A stretch of 64,000 bases of DNA. It comes from Mobula hypostoma. Taxonomy: Eukaryota. The DNA lies in contig NC_086097.1 in assembly GCF_963921235.1 (NCBI RefSeq), positions 30,630,001 to 30,694,000 on the forward strand, written 5' to 3'. This document shows, piece by piece, positions 13,900 to 26,622 of this stretch. The notes beneath the pieces are model-generated. The model worked only from the letters and a program-made list of their open reading frames with translations. It did not search any database and was not told the DNA's origin. Every line of letters begins with the position of its first letter. Position 1 is the first letter of the stretch. The position numbers and the translations under genes were made by a program.

Positions 13900-14415
13900 A
13901 ACACAAGGGACCGCAGATGCTGGAACTGGAGTAACAAACAATCTGCTGGAAGAACTCACTAGTGAATTATCGTTCCCGGTGCCACAGTAGCATAGCGGTT
14001 AGTGCGACACTACTATAGCTCTGGGCATTCCAAGGTTCCGACTTCAATTCTGGCATCACTTGGAAGGAGGTTGTACGTTCTTCCAATGAACCAAGTGGGT
14101 TTTCCCCAGGTGCTCCAGTTTCTGGACGTACTGGTTAGTACACTAACTGGTCATTGTAAATTGTCCTGTGATTAGGGTCATGTTAAATAGATGGTTTGCT
14201 GGGCAGTGCAGCTCACTGGGCTTGAAGGGCCTGTTCTGCTAAATAAAATGAACTCATCATATTGAGTAGCGTCTATTGGAATGAAGGAATTGTTGAAGTT
14301 TCGGTTCCAAACATTGCATCAGGACTAATTCAGCGGCTTGACCCGAAACGTCAACAACTTTTCTCCCACAGATGCTGCCTGACCCACTGAGTTCTTCCAC
14401 CAGATTGGTTGTTGC
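13900..14415. mobile_element. Old inverted pair of Penelope 3' ends, left arm interrupted by a V-SINE
   Basis: Minus pieces 13900-13960 and 14250-14326 (GTTTCGG..CATCAGGACT); plus piece 14330-14415 (CCCGAAACGTCAAC..AGATGCTGCCTGACC). Confidence 0.65.
13978..14247 (+). mobile_element. tRNA-headed V-domain SINE, tail type B, CR1-like (copies ~6000-6288-, 20600-20805-, 49865-50105-, 59660-59945-)
   Basis: Same head and V-like core, but tail TTGTAAATTGTCCTGTGATTA..GAAGGGCCTGTT..AAATAAA. GAAGGGCCTGT is shared with the CR1 3' ends in this window (HE1/HER1-like pairing). Confidence 0.75.
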
Positions 14416-14886
14416 TCAAAATCTCATGTTACGTGCATCAAACCCCATACATGCACTCTCTTCAACAGTACACCTTTCCATATCTGTACCACCTTTACCA
14501 GATCCACAAAACACTTTAATATCTTTTGCAGATTAATTAGTCTAAAATGCTCTTATGCTAATCTAGGCCAGGAGGGCCTCAGAATTCCTAGATATCCCTT
14601 TAGAACAGAGATGAAGAATTTCTTTAGCCAGTGAACCTGTGGAATTCATTGCCACATACAGCTGTGGCAGCCAAGTCATTGAGCATATTTAAAGTGGAAG
14701 TTGACAGGCTCCTGATAGGTAAGGGCTTCAATGGTTATGAGGAAAAGGCAGAAGAGTGGGGTTGAGAGGGATAATAAATCAGAAATAATAGAATGGTGGA
14801 CCAGGCTCAATGAGCTGAATGGCTTAATTCTGCTTCTGTCTCATGGTCTTATAGACTTGAAATGAAGTACAATTTACTCTTTCACT

Positions 14887-15632
14887 AAGATGGCAGCACA
14901 CTTGGATGCAACAGCCTCTCAGGGGCCAAAGATATTACCATCTTTTTAAAACTTTTTTTTACAATCACAACGCTGCTGGACATTAAGCACTTCAAGTACT
15001 GCAAGCCTATTCCATTAGCGAGTTGCTCATTGGCAGAGGAGCTGCATTTGGTGCAGACTGTGCTGCTGCCTGGTACAGAGGGGCATCGGAGTTGGTGCAT
15101 GAAAGCAGTGTGCAGACTAACAGCAAGTGATTGTCTTAGTTGTTTTTCTCATGATCAAAAGACCCCATTGGATGTTGGTAACCTGGATTACTACAAGTCC
15201 AGTTCACTGGTTTATTGGCAGGACCAACAGCAGGAGAGCTGCATGGTCGAGTCCATGTAGCTCAAACTAGGCCTCAAGCCATGGTGTCACCTGCTGCAGT
15301 CACCAGGAGAGGTGACACTGGAGGTGATGTAACGTGGCGTCCACGTTTGTGTTAGTGCTGCCCTCCAGTGTTGCTCAGTGAAAAACTAACTAGATTGCTT
15401 TTGTCTACAAACTACTATGGTCTTGTTCTTGCCAACAACATCCTTGAACTCAGGGATCTCAAGCTACATTATACATTTCTTGAGTGTTACAAGTTTACTG
15501 CTATCTTATAATGTATGTGCTATACGTGCCTTGGGCATGACTGTTAGTACTATGCTTTGCACCTCTACTCCGGAGGAATGTTACTTCATTTGACTGTATT
15601 CATGGTTAAGAGACAATTAAACAAACTTGAAC
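14887..15632 (+). mobile_element. Non-coding retro-element with AAGATGGC head and GACAATTAAA..CTTGAAC tail
   Basis: Head and tail architecture shared with 4051-4718, 20985-21642 and 55094-55943. Confidence 0.55.
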
Positions 15633-15849
15633 CCGATGAGCCCAAGGTGAGCAAGAACTCAAATGAGTTCACAGAAAACAATTTTGCTAAACTCTTCATA
15701 ACGTATTTAGTTTACAATTACTGTGTCTGCACTAATTCGGATTTTTAAGAACGTTAAAGGCACTATTTCAAAGTGATTTGTTGTTGTTTACTTGGGTGTA
15801 ATGGTTAAATTTCTAAATTAGTAACAGGAAAGATGGGACTAAACAGCCA

Positions 15850-17740
15850 TTGGGACAAGTACAGAGCAGCTGGAAATATAAAATTCAATCAAGCTTGTTC
15901 AAGCTCACCTAACTGTACACACATATGTACATATACACACACACAACCAAGTGAAACAACGTTCCTCATGGAGCACACACAAAACATCACACACAGCACA
16001 TAAAACAAAATATTACCACAGAATTATAATTCATTAACTTATTTAAGAGCAAAGCAACACACATACACAAAACGATGGAGAAACTCAACAGGCCAGGCAG
16101 CATCTACGGAAAAGAGTAAGCAGTCGATGTTCGGGCCAAGACCTTTCACCAGAACTGGAAAGGAAGGAGAGAAGTCAGAATAAGGTGGGAGGAGGGGAGG
16201 AAGAAGTACATGGCCGCAGGTGATAGGTGAAACCAGGAGATGGGAGGGAGTACAAAAGACCATGGAAGAAAGGGAAGGGATCTTCTGTTCTCTCCTGTCA
16301 GATTCCACCTCCTCCAGCCCTTTATCTCTTTCACCAATCAACTTCCCAGCTCTTTACTCCCCCCCTCCACATCTGCCAGTTTCACTCATCACCTGCCACC
16401 TTGTACTTCCTTCCCTCCTCCCAGCTTCTTATTCTGACTTTTCCCCTTGCTTTACAGTCCTGATGAAGGGTCTCGGCCCGAAACATGAACTGCCTAATCT
16501 TTTCCATAGATGCTGCATGGCCTGCTGAGTTCCTCCAGCATTTTGTGTTGCATTGGATTTCCAGCATCTGCAGATTTTCTCTTTTTTGTAATTCAAAGTG
16601 CATGTAGTGAGCAGCACGGGTAAGCAGCTCACTGACTTAGTGTTAAGACCTCAGTGGTAGCAAGGTATTCAACAGTCTCCGCCTAAGGGAAGAAACTGTT
16701 AGTCAGTCTGACAGTCCTGGACCTGACGCTCCTGTACCTCCTTCCTGATGGTGGTGGGTCAAACAGATTGTGGGATGGATGGCAGGGATCCTCAGCAATG
16801 CGCCGGGTCTTCATCTACATAGTCATACTTTATTGATCCCGGGGGAAACTGGTACAAAGCTCCTAGTAAATGTTACAAATAGAGGGGACTGAGACCCGTG
16901 ATACTTGGTGTTTTTTTTTTAAAAACTGTCCTCTGTAGTGTTGCAGTCCAATGCCTTGCAGCTTCTATACCACACAATGATGCAGCCAGACAGAATATTC
17001 ACAATGTTACTCCTGCAGAAAGTTGATAGAATGGAGGTGGGGAGCCTTGCACATCTCAATATCTTCAGAAAATATAGAAAATCGCAGTTAGATCACGCGT
17101 TATGTGCATACTAAGGAACTTTGTGCTCTTCATTCTGTCCACGGCAGAGCCATTGATACAGGATGTAATAGAGTGTGGAGGGTGGTTGACCTGCGTCTTC
17201 CTAAAGTCCACAATCATCCCTTTTGTCTTGTCCACATTGCAACTCAGACTGCTGTTCTCACACCATGTAACAAGCCTCTTTACCTCCTCTATATGCCAAG
17301 TTATTGTTGTTCATGAGACCAACCAGCGAACTTGATGAAGTGCTGTCATGCCAGCAGCACGAACAGCCCTGCGGGGCACCAGTGACAGCATAATAGAGCT
17401 TGAGATGGTGCTGCCAACACAGACTGACTGGGGTCTTTCCTTCAAGTCCAAAATGGAGTTACAGAGAAGGATGTTAAGTCCCAAGGAGTTTATCCACCAG
17501 CCTCCGAGGAAGACCATGTTAAACGCTCAGCTGAAGTCACTGAATACCGTGGCGTACAAGGCATCATTTTCGAAGTGGAATAGGATAGACTGTTGTGCTA
17601 AGGCTATGGTATCACCAGTGTACCAGTCTGAACGGTAGGCAAACGGGAAAGGATTCAATGTAGCTGGAAGGAGGATTTTATACAATCCATTATCAGCTGC
17701 TCAAAGCACTTCATGGTTGTAGACGCCAGTGTCACTGGGC
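15850..17740 (-). mobile_element. Decayed Rex1/Babar-type LINE (RT region to 3' end), interrupted by the Penelope pair
   Basis: ORF 17311-17517 LGLNILLCNSILDLKERPQSVCVGSTISSSIMLS resembles the Rex1-type RT segment preceding the PQG motif. Reverse-strand CCATCAGGAAGGAGGTACAGGAGC at ~16725-16750. Confidence 0.7.
16060..16580. mobile_element. Older inverted pair of Penelope 3' UTRs (minus arm ~16060-16280, plus arm ~16285-16580)
   Basis: Both arms match the PLE 3' UTR, with decayed hammerheads at 16121-16157 (-) and 16455-16492 (+). Inserted into a Rex1-type LINE. Confidence 0.8.
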
Positions 17741-17868
17741 AGTAACTGAGCAGTTACCATCACTCTCTTGGTTAGAGTAAAACAAACATCACAACTGCAG
17801 GAACATAGAGCTGTTGCGTTCCTCAGCAACTTGTGTATTGGATTTCCAGCACCTGCAGAATCACTTGC

Positions 17869-18140
17869 CAAGTCAAGTCACTTCTTATTGTCATTTCGAC
17901 CATAACTGCTGGTACAATACACAGTAAAAACGAGACGATGTTTTTCAGGACCATGGTGCTACATGAAACAATACAAAAACTACACTGAACTACGTAAAAC
18001 AACACAAAAACTACACTAGACTACAGACCTACCTAGGACTGCATAAAGTGCACAAAACAGTGCAGGCATTACAATAAATAATAAACAAGACAATAGACAC
18101 AGTAGGTTGGTGTCAGTCCAGGATCTGGGTATTGAAGAGT
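17869..18140 (-). mobile_element. LINE 3' end with (GACTT)n tail, probably Rex1-type
   Basis: Reverse strand ends AAATGACAATAAGAAGTGACTTGACTTG. It sits next to a Penelope 3' remnant. Confidence 0.55.
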
Positions 18141-20984
18141 TTTGCGTTTTTAACATCAGTAATGATAAATGCAAAACTGAGCTGCCATAAAACTTTGCCT
18201 TTCTTCTTTAACGATCTTCAGGGATAAAAATAATCAATATGATCTCTGTGACTCTGGGTCCACAGCAATATGGTTAACTTTTAACTCAATTTTGAAGTGG
18301 CCCAGCATTTACTCATTCTCTGCATGTGGATACTGTGGACACCCTCAACAGTGCTCCTGCAGAAAGTTGAGAGAGTGGAGGTGGGGAGCCTTGAACACCT
18401 ACAGTATGTGCCATGGTAGCACAGCACTTAACAGCACCAGAGATCAGTAATTAGGGCTCAGTTCCTGCCAGTGTCATTAAGAAATGTATGCATTCTCCCT
18501 GTAACCACAAGCTTCCCCTGGTGCTCCAGTTTCTTCCCACATTCCAAAGACATACAGTTAGGGTTATTAAAGTTGTGGGCATGCTATGTTGGTGCTGGAA
18601 GTGTGGCAACACTTGCAGGCTTCCCACTCAGCACATCCTCAGACTGTTTTGGTTGTTGACACAAATGATGCATTTGACTGTATATTTCAATGTACATGTG
18701 ACAAATAAAGCTAATCTTTATCTTTATTCCTAATTGCCCTTAAATGGATATATTCATAGAGAGTCAACCACACCATTAGGTCTGGGATCATGTCGAGTCA
18801 AACAGGATAAAGGTGATGGATTTCCTTTCTTGAAAGATATCTTTAAACTAACTGAACTTTTATGACAATCTGGTGGTTTTACAATTATGAGGAAGTTCAA
18901 GTTCACGCATTAGCTTCTTGTTCCTGATTTAATTTCCCAGTTGAGTGGTAGGTGTCAACTCCTGGATGAGGGGCCGTGGTCTCTGGATGCCAGTCCAGTA
19001 ACCTCACTGCTGTGCTACACCTTGAGTCAGATGCCAAGGCAGGCCATCACTATAAGAAATACTAAATGACTGGATTTATTGATCATAAATATGTACAATG
19101 GCATTTTTCAATGGATTTTTTAAAACCATGAAATACAATGCTTTACGTCCGAATAAAGCTTTGCTTTTTATTACTCAGGCACATTCCAAAAGTACAGGTG
19201 CAGGAAGATCCATTCACTCAAATGTAAAGCCTATAGCTGAAGGCTAACAAGTCCTTTGCACATAGTTAACCAAAGAATAGCATCTACTTTGAAGCAAATG
19301 AGATTAGTTCTATTGCAAACTGAACAACATATAAATGAAAATAATCAATTGTTAATACAGTTGTACAAGTTTTTCTTCATAGGAATTTTTCCTCAAATTC
19401 TTCAAAAACTTTTCCTTTTACAAGGCCAAAGTAACACACACAAATGCTAGAGGAACAGGCAGAACCTACGAAGGGGAGTAAATGGTTCAATGTCTCAGGC
19501 CAAAACCTTTCATGAAGACAATACAAGGTCAATAGTATTGGCTTTTTCAATGTTCATTCCCCAAGGATAACATCCAAAAAAAAACTCAGCTTCCTTTGTC
19601 ACATGTACATTGAAACATACAGTGAAATGCACTGTTGGAATATAGGAGGAAACCCAAACACAGGAAGCACGTGGTCACAGAGAGAACTTACAACTCCATA
19701 CAGACAGTAGCAGTAATTGAACCCCGATCACTGGCGCTGTAAACCATTACACTAACCACTATGCTACCATTCTGTTGCAGCACTGTTAGCAAAACTGGTG
19801 TCTACATCAGATACAGCTGATGCATGCAATCTATCAAGATAAGGAACACTAGTTAAAATATGAATCCTAAAGAAAAACAGTAACTTAATGCTACACAAAG
19901 CAGTAAGAGTGATAGTGCTATACTAAGCAGTTACACCTCAATGTTTTATACATTATATTGCACCACTCTTCAGCGATACCCGACTCCATGAAGTTATAAG
20001 AATTATGCACTAATCATCCGCAAAAAGCCACAGGGAAACATTAAGATAGCCCTGAGTAACTAACATTCTTCACCCAATCACGCTGAATCATTACAGAGAA
20101 CTGAGCCTGGGGGGGGGGGGAGAGACAGAGACAGAGACCTAATTGCACAATGTAGCTTTGATTGGAAGACAGATGGAGAGCAATGCCCACAACTACAAAA
20201 AATACTTCCTTCCAGTAACTAAAGCACACGCTCCTTGGTTATTTACGTTTCATTAGAAGATGGGGTTGTTGAGGGAGGATGAGGTTGGTGGTCGAGGATG
20301 AAAAGAGTTTTTAATTCAAATTTATAGCAGAAAATACTTGTTTCCTCGTCATTAAAACTTGCCAAAAACTGGGATCTGTTTAAAATTCAAGTAGACCCAC
20401 ATTCACATGAAACCAGTTGTTAGGAGGGGATTAGGAGCAAACAGCACATGTATTTCATGGCCCATTTACATTATCAAACAGTCCCCTCACTCAGTGTTCA
20501 GTCCTGCTGGACAGAGGCCAGATTGGCTGAAGACATACAGGAGCAATTACTGTATTGAGAAATCTGGGAGTGTTTTTAAGTGATATTTATTTTAGAGTTT
20601 CAGAATGGCAACAACCAGCTCATGCCACCCAATTACACCCACGGGCCCAATTAACCTACTAATCCGTACATCTTTGGAACAATTAGGAAACCGGAGCACT
20701 TAGAAGTAACCCCATGGTCACAGGGAGGACATACAAACACCTTACAGACCTTGGCAGGAAATGTACCCAGGTCACTGGTGCTGTAACAGCATTACACTAA
20801 ATGCTGTGTGTGCACATGCGTGTACCCAAATCTCAGGTACAATACTAAGAATACTCAGCAGTCAGGTACAGTATTGAACACAAATTATGCATTTCACTGC
20901 ATGTTTCAACGTACATGTGATAAATAAATCTGAATCTCATCAAGATTAAAGATTACCTTTATTTATTACATGTATAACTTTTGG

Positions 20985-21642
20985 CAAGACGACGTCAGTG
21001 GCCAACGATGACATCTTGCAATCAGCTATTGGATACTTTTCTAAACATTCTACAACTACTTTCGAATTGTGATCAACTGCAGCCTGTAAATTCCCTTTTT
21101 TGAGAATACATTTTTGGGCACACCTAATGATCTTGCACTTTTGCATTCTCCTGGGGTACTCAACTTGGAGAGAAGCTATGGCCATCACTGGGGGTGTACA
21201 TTATGTCAATTCCTAATGGCGGAATATGAATCTGTGTTCAGCTCCATTATTCTACACCGAGCGATGAGCAAGATTAAAATCAATGAGAACGAGAGAGGAA
21301 AACAAACAGGTGTTCAGTGCCATCCTCCTGCTTTTGACCAGCGTCCATCTCACTGCTGCCAGTAGGTGTAGCAGTCTTAGGGCCTACACTATTAAGATTC
21401 AATCGCCTCAACGATTTGTGGCTATGGACTCTCTTTAGGGATCTATGTGGTTGATGTTTAACATTCTGTGGTATTTGTATTTTGTTGTTTGATTTTTTTT
21501 TGCACGTATGATAGTCTTGTGTGGGGTTTTTCATTAGAATGGTTCTACGATGCTTCTTTGTTTTGTGGTAGCCTGCAAGAAGACAAATCTCAAGGTTGTA
21601 CACTGTACATATACTTTGATAATAAATATACTCTGAACTTTG
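20985..21642 (+). mobile_element. Non-coding retro-element (decayed CAAGATGGCG-like head) inserted in a V-SINE
   Basis: Splits a minus-strand SINE (tail 20942-20975, body 21643-21850). Ends GATAATAAA..TGAACTTTG. Confidence 0.6.
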
Positions 21643-22543
21643 TATCAACAACCAATACAGTCTGATATGTGTGAGGCCTGCTTGCAAGTGTCACCATGCT
21701 TCTGGTACCAATTTAGCATGCACACAACTTACTAACCCAGACCATACAGTAAGTCTTTGGAATACGGGAGGAAACCAGAACATCCACAGGAAACTCACGC
21801 AGATGTGAGGAGTACACACCAACTCCTTACAGGCATTGGCAGAAACAGAATACAGATAATATGCTGCCAACCAACACATGCCATCCTTGGACGCCCAATG
21901 CTCTAGAATGGATTTAAAATACACACATACTTCAGAGATGCACCTTAAAGCTTCTTTTGGCTCTAAACTAAAATTCATGCAAGGTATGCAAAGTTACCAC
22001 TCCGACACACTTGGCAATTTCTCTCACCAACTTCACCAATCCACATAGATGCCACAGCCAAGAAAGCTCACCAAATAACGTCTATTTCCTCAGAAAGCTT
22101 AAGAAATTTGGCATGTCCCCCTTAACCTTTACCGATTTCTACTGAAAGCATTCTGACTAGATGCATAATGGCTTGGGTTGCCAAATGCTCTGCACTGGAC
22201 CACAGGAAACTGCAGAGAATTAATGGACACAACCCAGCACATTATGCAAACCAGCTTCTCCTCCACAAACTCTGTACACTTCTCACTGCCTCAGTAAAGG
22301 AGCCAGCATAAATCAAAGACCCCATTCACTTCAGCCATTCTCTCTTCTCCCCTCTCCCATCAAGCAGAAGATACAACAGCTCAAAAGCACATACAGACAG
22401 TGTCAAGAACAGCTTCTATTCTGCTGTTTTAAGACTACGGAATGGTTGCTAGTACAACAAAATGAAATCTTGATGTCACAATCTACCTCGTTATGATCTT
22501 GCACCTTATCGTCTACCTGCACTACACTATTTTGTAACTGAAT

Positions 22544-24720
22544 TGTTCTGACCGCTAGAGGAACCGTTCATTTTGTATGCAGTTCGTTTTGTATGAACAT
22601 CACTTCCTGCCCAGGATAATTCGCATTTTGACTTAGAAGCACACACAGTAGAAAGACATCCATCGCCATCCACTCTATTTGCCCTTGAAACAGCAATATC
22701 TGTGAGTCTTAAGCTTTCTTAATATTGGTAAATATTTAGATGTACCTTGAAGGAAGTATTACGCTCATTTGTTTATTACTACTAAGTTATCATTGTGCCT
22801 TGAGTTCACTCTGGTCAACAGGGCATAGTTATGGAATGTTGCACGTGTGTATTACCTTGGTTAACACTGAGAAAAATTGGTAGTATATTCAGGCATGCGA
22901 TGATACTGTATTGAATTTAATATGTACTTCACTTAACTTACTGCAGTTTCACAAGGTTTTCCTCATTTAAAAACCCTGAAGAAAGTTTCCGGCTCAGGTG
23001 ATTTTTAAGAAGGTGTTTAACTCCCTATCTAGCCTTGTACATATGCACTGCAAGAGCAGTAGAGAGAAAAGATAACTTGTCTTCAAAGGCATTGCCCACG
23101 GACTGGAGACATCTAAATGTCGTATGGCACAAAGTCAGCTTCTGACCCAAGCAACATTGATCGCCAAGCCCAGGAAATCAGGTCAGAATATGGTGCAATT
23201 ACACCTTCGCGATGCTCAAGCAAAATCCCATTTAGCAATGCTGCAGCAGGGACCTGTGCCAAAACTGAAACGGCAAGCATGAGAGCAGCATATGTTAAGC
23301 GCAAAGTTGAAATGCTAATGGAGAAAGCTCATGTAGACATTGAGATAGCACGTACAGACGTGGAGAAAGCTCGTGTACAGGCTACAATGAATGCGCTGGA
23401 AGAGGAGCGTGAAGCTGAGGCTGCCTCAACAAAGGCAAAGGTGTATGACACAGCAGCTGACAGACAGTAGTTGTTGCCTCTCTGGGAAAGTGAATGAAGA
23501 GCCAACCACTGGTGCAAGTCCTCTAACATAACATGGCTGCTGGGGATCAATTCAAAGCAGTAAAGATAGGAACCAACTTCTTGCCATGCTTCACAAAGTT
23601 TTCACCCAGTCCCCCTCCTGAACTTTCATCGTCTGTTTCAGATTCAAACCCAAAGAAAGATGAACCCTCTTCGGGAGAAAATGAGAGGTGCCCAAGGTCA
23701 TCCAACTTGGGTATTCATCACTTAACAGCACACAAGGGCTGAACAGGACACCGAGTGCATCAGCTACTCACCTTTCAACAGAAGCTACCGCAGAACCAAC
23801 TGCTCACACTGCACCAGGCTGTAGTGACAAATAACCTCTAGTCAATAATTTGAGTAAGATGCTGAGACTATTCAGAAAAGCCCTGAAGCAGAGTCAGTCC
23901 AAATGTGGACAAGACAGTCATCTGGAGAATGGTGGACAATCTGAGGAGGGCAGCAAGGAGAACTGGAGAAACAGTAACAATATAATCACAGAACATAGAT
24001 GGGAACTCTGTGCAGTAAGCGCCAGTGATCACCAGGAAACGGAACAACCTACTGACACTTCAGAAGAATTAAACCCAGATGCAGCCGTAAATTCAAGGCA
24101 AGCAGCTTAGGCTACTACCAGTTCCAGCACATCCGCAGCAGAGCATCGCGGGGAGTCAGCTGAGTATCCATCAGATGTAGCTACTTCCCTGTACACTCTA
24201 AAGATATGTTCTGGAACATCAGAAGTTGTCGGAAACAGAGCCAGTGGATTTGTCGCGGAGTCAATGGGAAAGGTCTGCTTACCTCTGCCAACTCTCATTG
24301 TTTGTGACCATATTCCCAACACCAGGCATAAAATCCCAACTCATGAAGCTGAACATGGTCATTCACCTTTTAAGGACATAGCTAGCAAGAACCACTCTCT
24401 TCCTCCCCCAACCTGACTTCTTCTATTGCTTGGCAGAGGTACCATCTGTGCACACAAGATATATGAACAGCGCAATGGTCGGTATGATGCACATAAGCTG
24501 AGTGAATGGACCTTGGTTGGGTCATAGTGAGTGAAGTCTGCCTCAATGGTGCTCATCAGCTCACTGTCAGCACAGTTAACACTAATGTCCTGGAGGATGG
24601 GCATCCGAATCATTTCAGACCCTGTGAGAGGACCATCTATATGAAAAAGAATGCAGGAGTAGCCAAAGACAGCCTTTGCAGTGATTTGCACATTTGTAAG
24701 CAACCTCTCAGCGCAGAGCA
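22544..24720 (+). mobile_element. BEL/Pao LTR retrotransposon relic (putative 5' LTR 22544-23058, gag N-terminus, protease region)
   Basis: ORF 23117-23470 is Ala/Glu/Lys-rich coiled coil like the gag start of fish BEL/Pao elements. 24190-24630 reads YTLKICSG..RASGFVAES..LPLPTLIVCDHIPNTRHKIPT..LLLGR..DLGWVIVSEVCL..TNVLEDG, the BEL/Pao protease region. Putative LTR runs TG...CA. No RT/integrase or second LTR seen. Confidence 0.78.
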
Positions 24721-26099
24721 ACTGAATCGAGCAAAGGTTAAATCTTTCATGTTGGTCAAAGACAGGTGTATGCAGAGGATGTGTAGTGCATCACAAAGCA
24801 GGAACCTCTCCCAACCCAGCCACTTTAGTGCACTTTGCACCTTTCCTGACTGAGGGGCTACAGTGAGTTGGAGAACATAGTAAGAGGACACAACTCTCTT
24901 CAGAGAGACAAAGACATGTTGTCACCTCATAGAACCACACTGTCCAAAGCACACTTCAAGGCATAGCTACAAAATACAAATATACCTCAACATTTTAACC
25001 TCATTTTCCACCGAAGTTTCAGATCAAACAAAATTATGCAAACAGTTCTTCTAAGAGAGTTCTTTCCCCAAATTAAGATTACACAGCTGCACAAACTCAT
25101 GGAGTATCTACCCAGGGGCATAATCAAAGAGACTATTAGCACTGCATCCTAGCAACGTAGACCCAAACTGACAATCTCGCCTCAGAGAGGCTGTCATTTG
25201 GCCTCAAAGTACTGTACTCTTACAGTCTCACCGTAATAGAAAGGTTCAACCTGCCATTACTTACAATGATCAGTAATTTTCACTACAGATTGCATGCATT
25301 GATTGCACAGAGATCATATTCTGAATCTGGAATATTACGGACAGGCACAATACACGAACATGAAGACAGCTGTGCACAAATCTTTGAAAGTTCCACATGC
25401 CCCACATCAACTGCAGCCAAATATATACAAATAATTGCCTACATATTCTGCCGACTCTGGGTCAGTAGGTAGCAACATTGTAGATTCAGAGACTCAAATC
25501 AGAGTTTAGGCTAACAGTAAAGCACTGCTGGAAGACACTAAAACGAACACTACAGCACAGCAAAGGCCCTTTGGCCCACAATGTTGTGTCGACTTTTCAA
25601 CCTACTCCAAGATTAATCTAACTCCTTCCTCCATTTTTCTATCATCCATATGCCTATCTACAGTCTCTTAAATGTCTAATGTGTCTGTCTCTACCACCAC
25701 CTCTGGCAGGGCATTACACACTGTGTAAACACGATCCTCTGACATGCCCTTTCATTGTAGCCATTTATGCCCTGGGGAGAGGGCACTGGCAGTCCATAAT
25801 GCTGAGGATTAACAGACTTTCAGAGCTGGAGTCACCTAGGTTATATTCTGATCCCTCTGGTAAGCACAAGCAACTCAGAGTTAACCCAATCATTATCACT
25901 GTTGTTGTTCTCCATTAACACTTACAAGGAGCTAACAGCCAGTAAAAGTCCTGCCCAGGTTACAAACATCCAGTGCTGTGACAGAAGCTGTGCAGGCCAC
26001 GTCAGGGATGATAGGTTCTAGAATAACAAGGGAGTTAAGGGTTACAGGTGGAAGAATAGGGTTGACAGGATGGTGAGAAAAATCAGCCATAATTGAATG

Positions 26100-26480
26100 T
26101 CAAACACAAAATGCAAATGAACTCAGTAGATCAGGCAGCATCTCTGGCAGGGGTTCCCAACCTGGGATGGTCAGACCCCACGGTTAACAGTAGGGGTCCA
26201 TGGTATATAAAAAAAGTTGGGAACCACTGATCTATGGAGAGCAATTGATATTTCAGGCCAAAACTCTTCATCAAGTCTGGAAAGGAAGAGGGAAAGGAAG
26301 AATAAGGTGGGAGAAGGGGAAGGAGCACAAGCTGATAAGTGAGACTAGATGGGTGGAAGAGTTAAAAGGCTGGATGGAGAATCTGACAGGAGAGAATAGT
26401 AGACCATCAAAGGGAAGGAGGAGGGGAACCAGAGGGAGGAGATGGGGCATGTGAGAAGAGAAAGGGTAAGAAAGGAGAAG
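26100..26480 (-). mobile_element. Penelope 3' UTR fragment interrupted by a hAT MITE
   Basis: Matches the PLE 3' UTR (GGCAGCATCT..TTTCAGGCC..TTCATCA plus purine-rich tract). Confidence 0.75.
26148..26229. mobile_element. 82-bp hAT-type MITE
   Basis: TIRs CAGGGGTTCCCAAC / GTTGGGAACCACTG. 8-bp duplication ATCTCTGG (26140-26147) / ATCTATGG (26230-26237), the TSD length typical of hAT. Confidence 0.85.
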
Positions 26481-26622
26481 GGGGCTTAATTGAATGGTGC
26501 AGCAGACTTGATACAATCATGGACACTATGTACATATCAAGGAGCCACTGGGAGACCAGCAGGACAGATGGGGATGGGTTTGCTAGCTGCCAAGTGGCAC
26601 TGGGGCACTTCTATTATACTTA

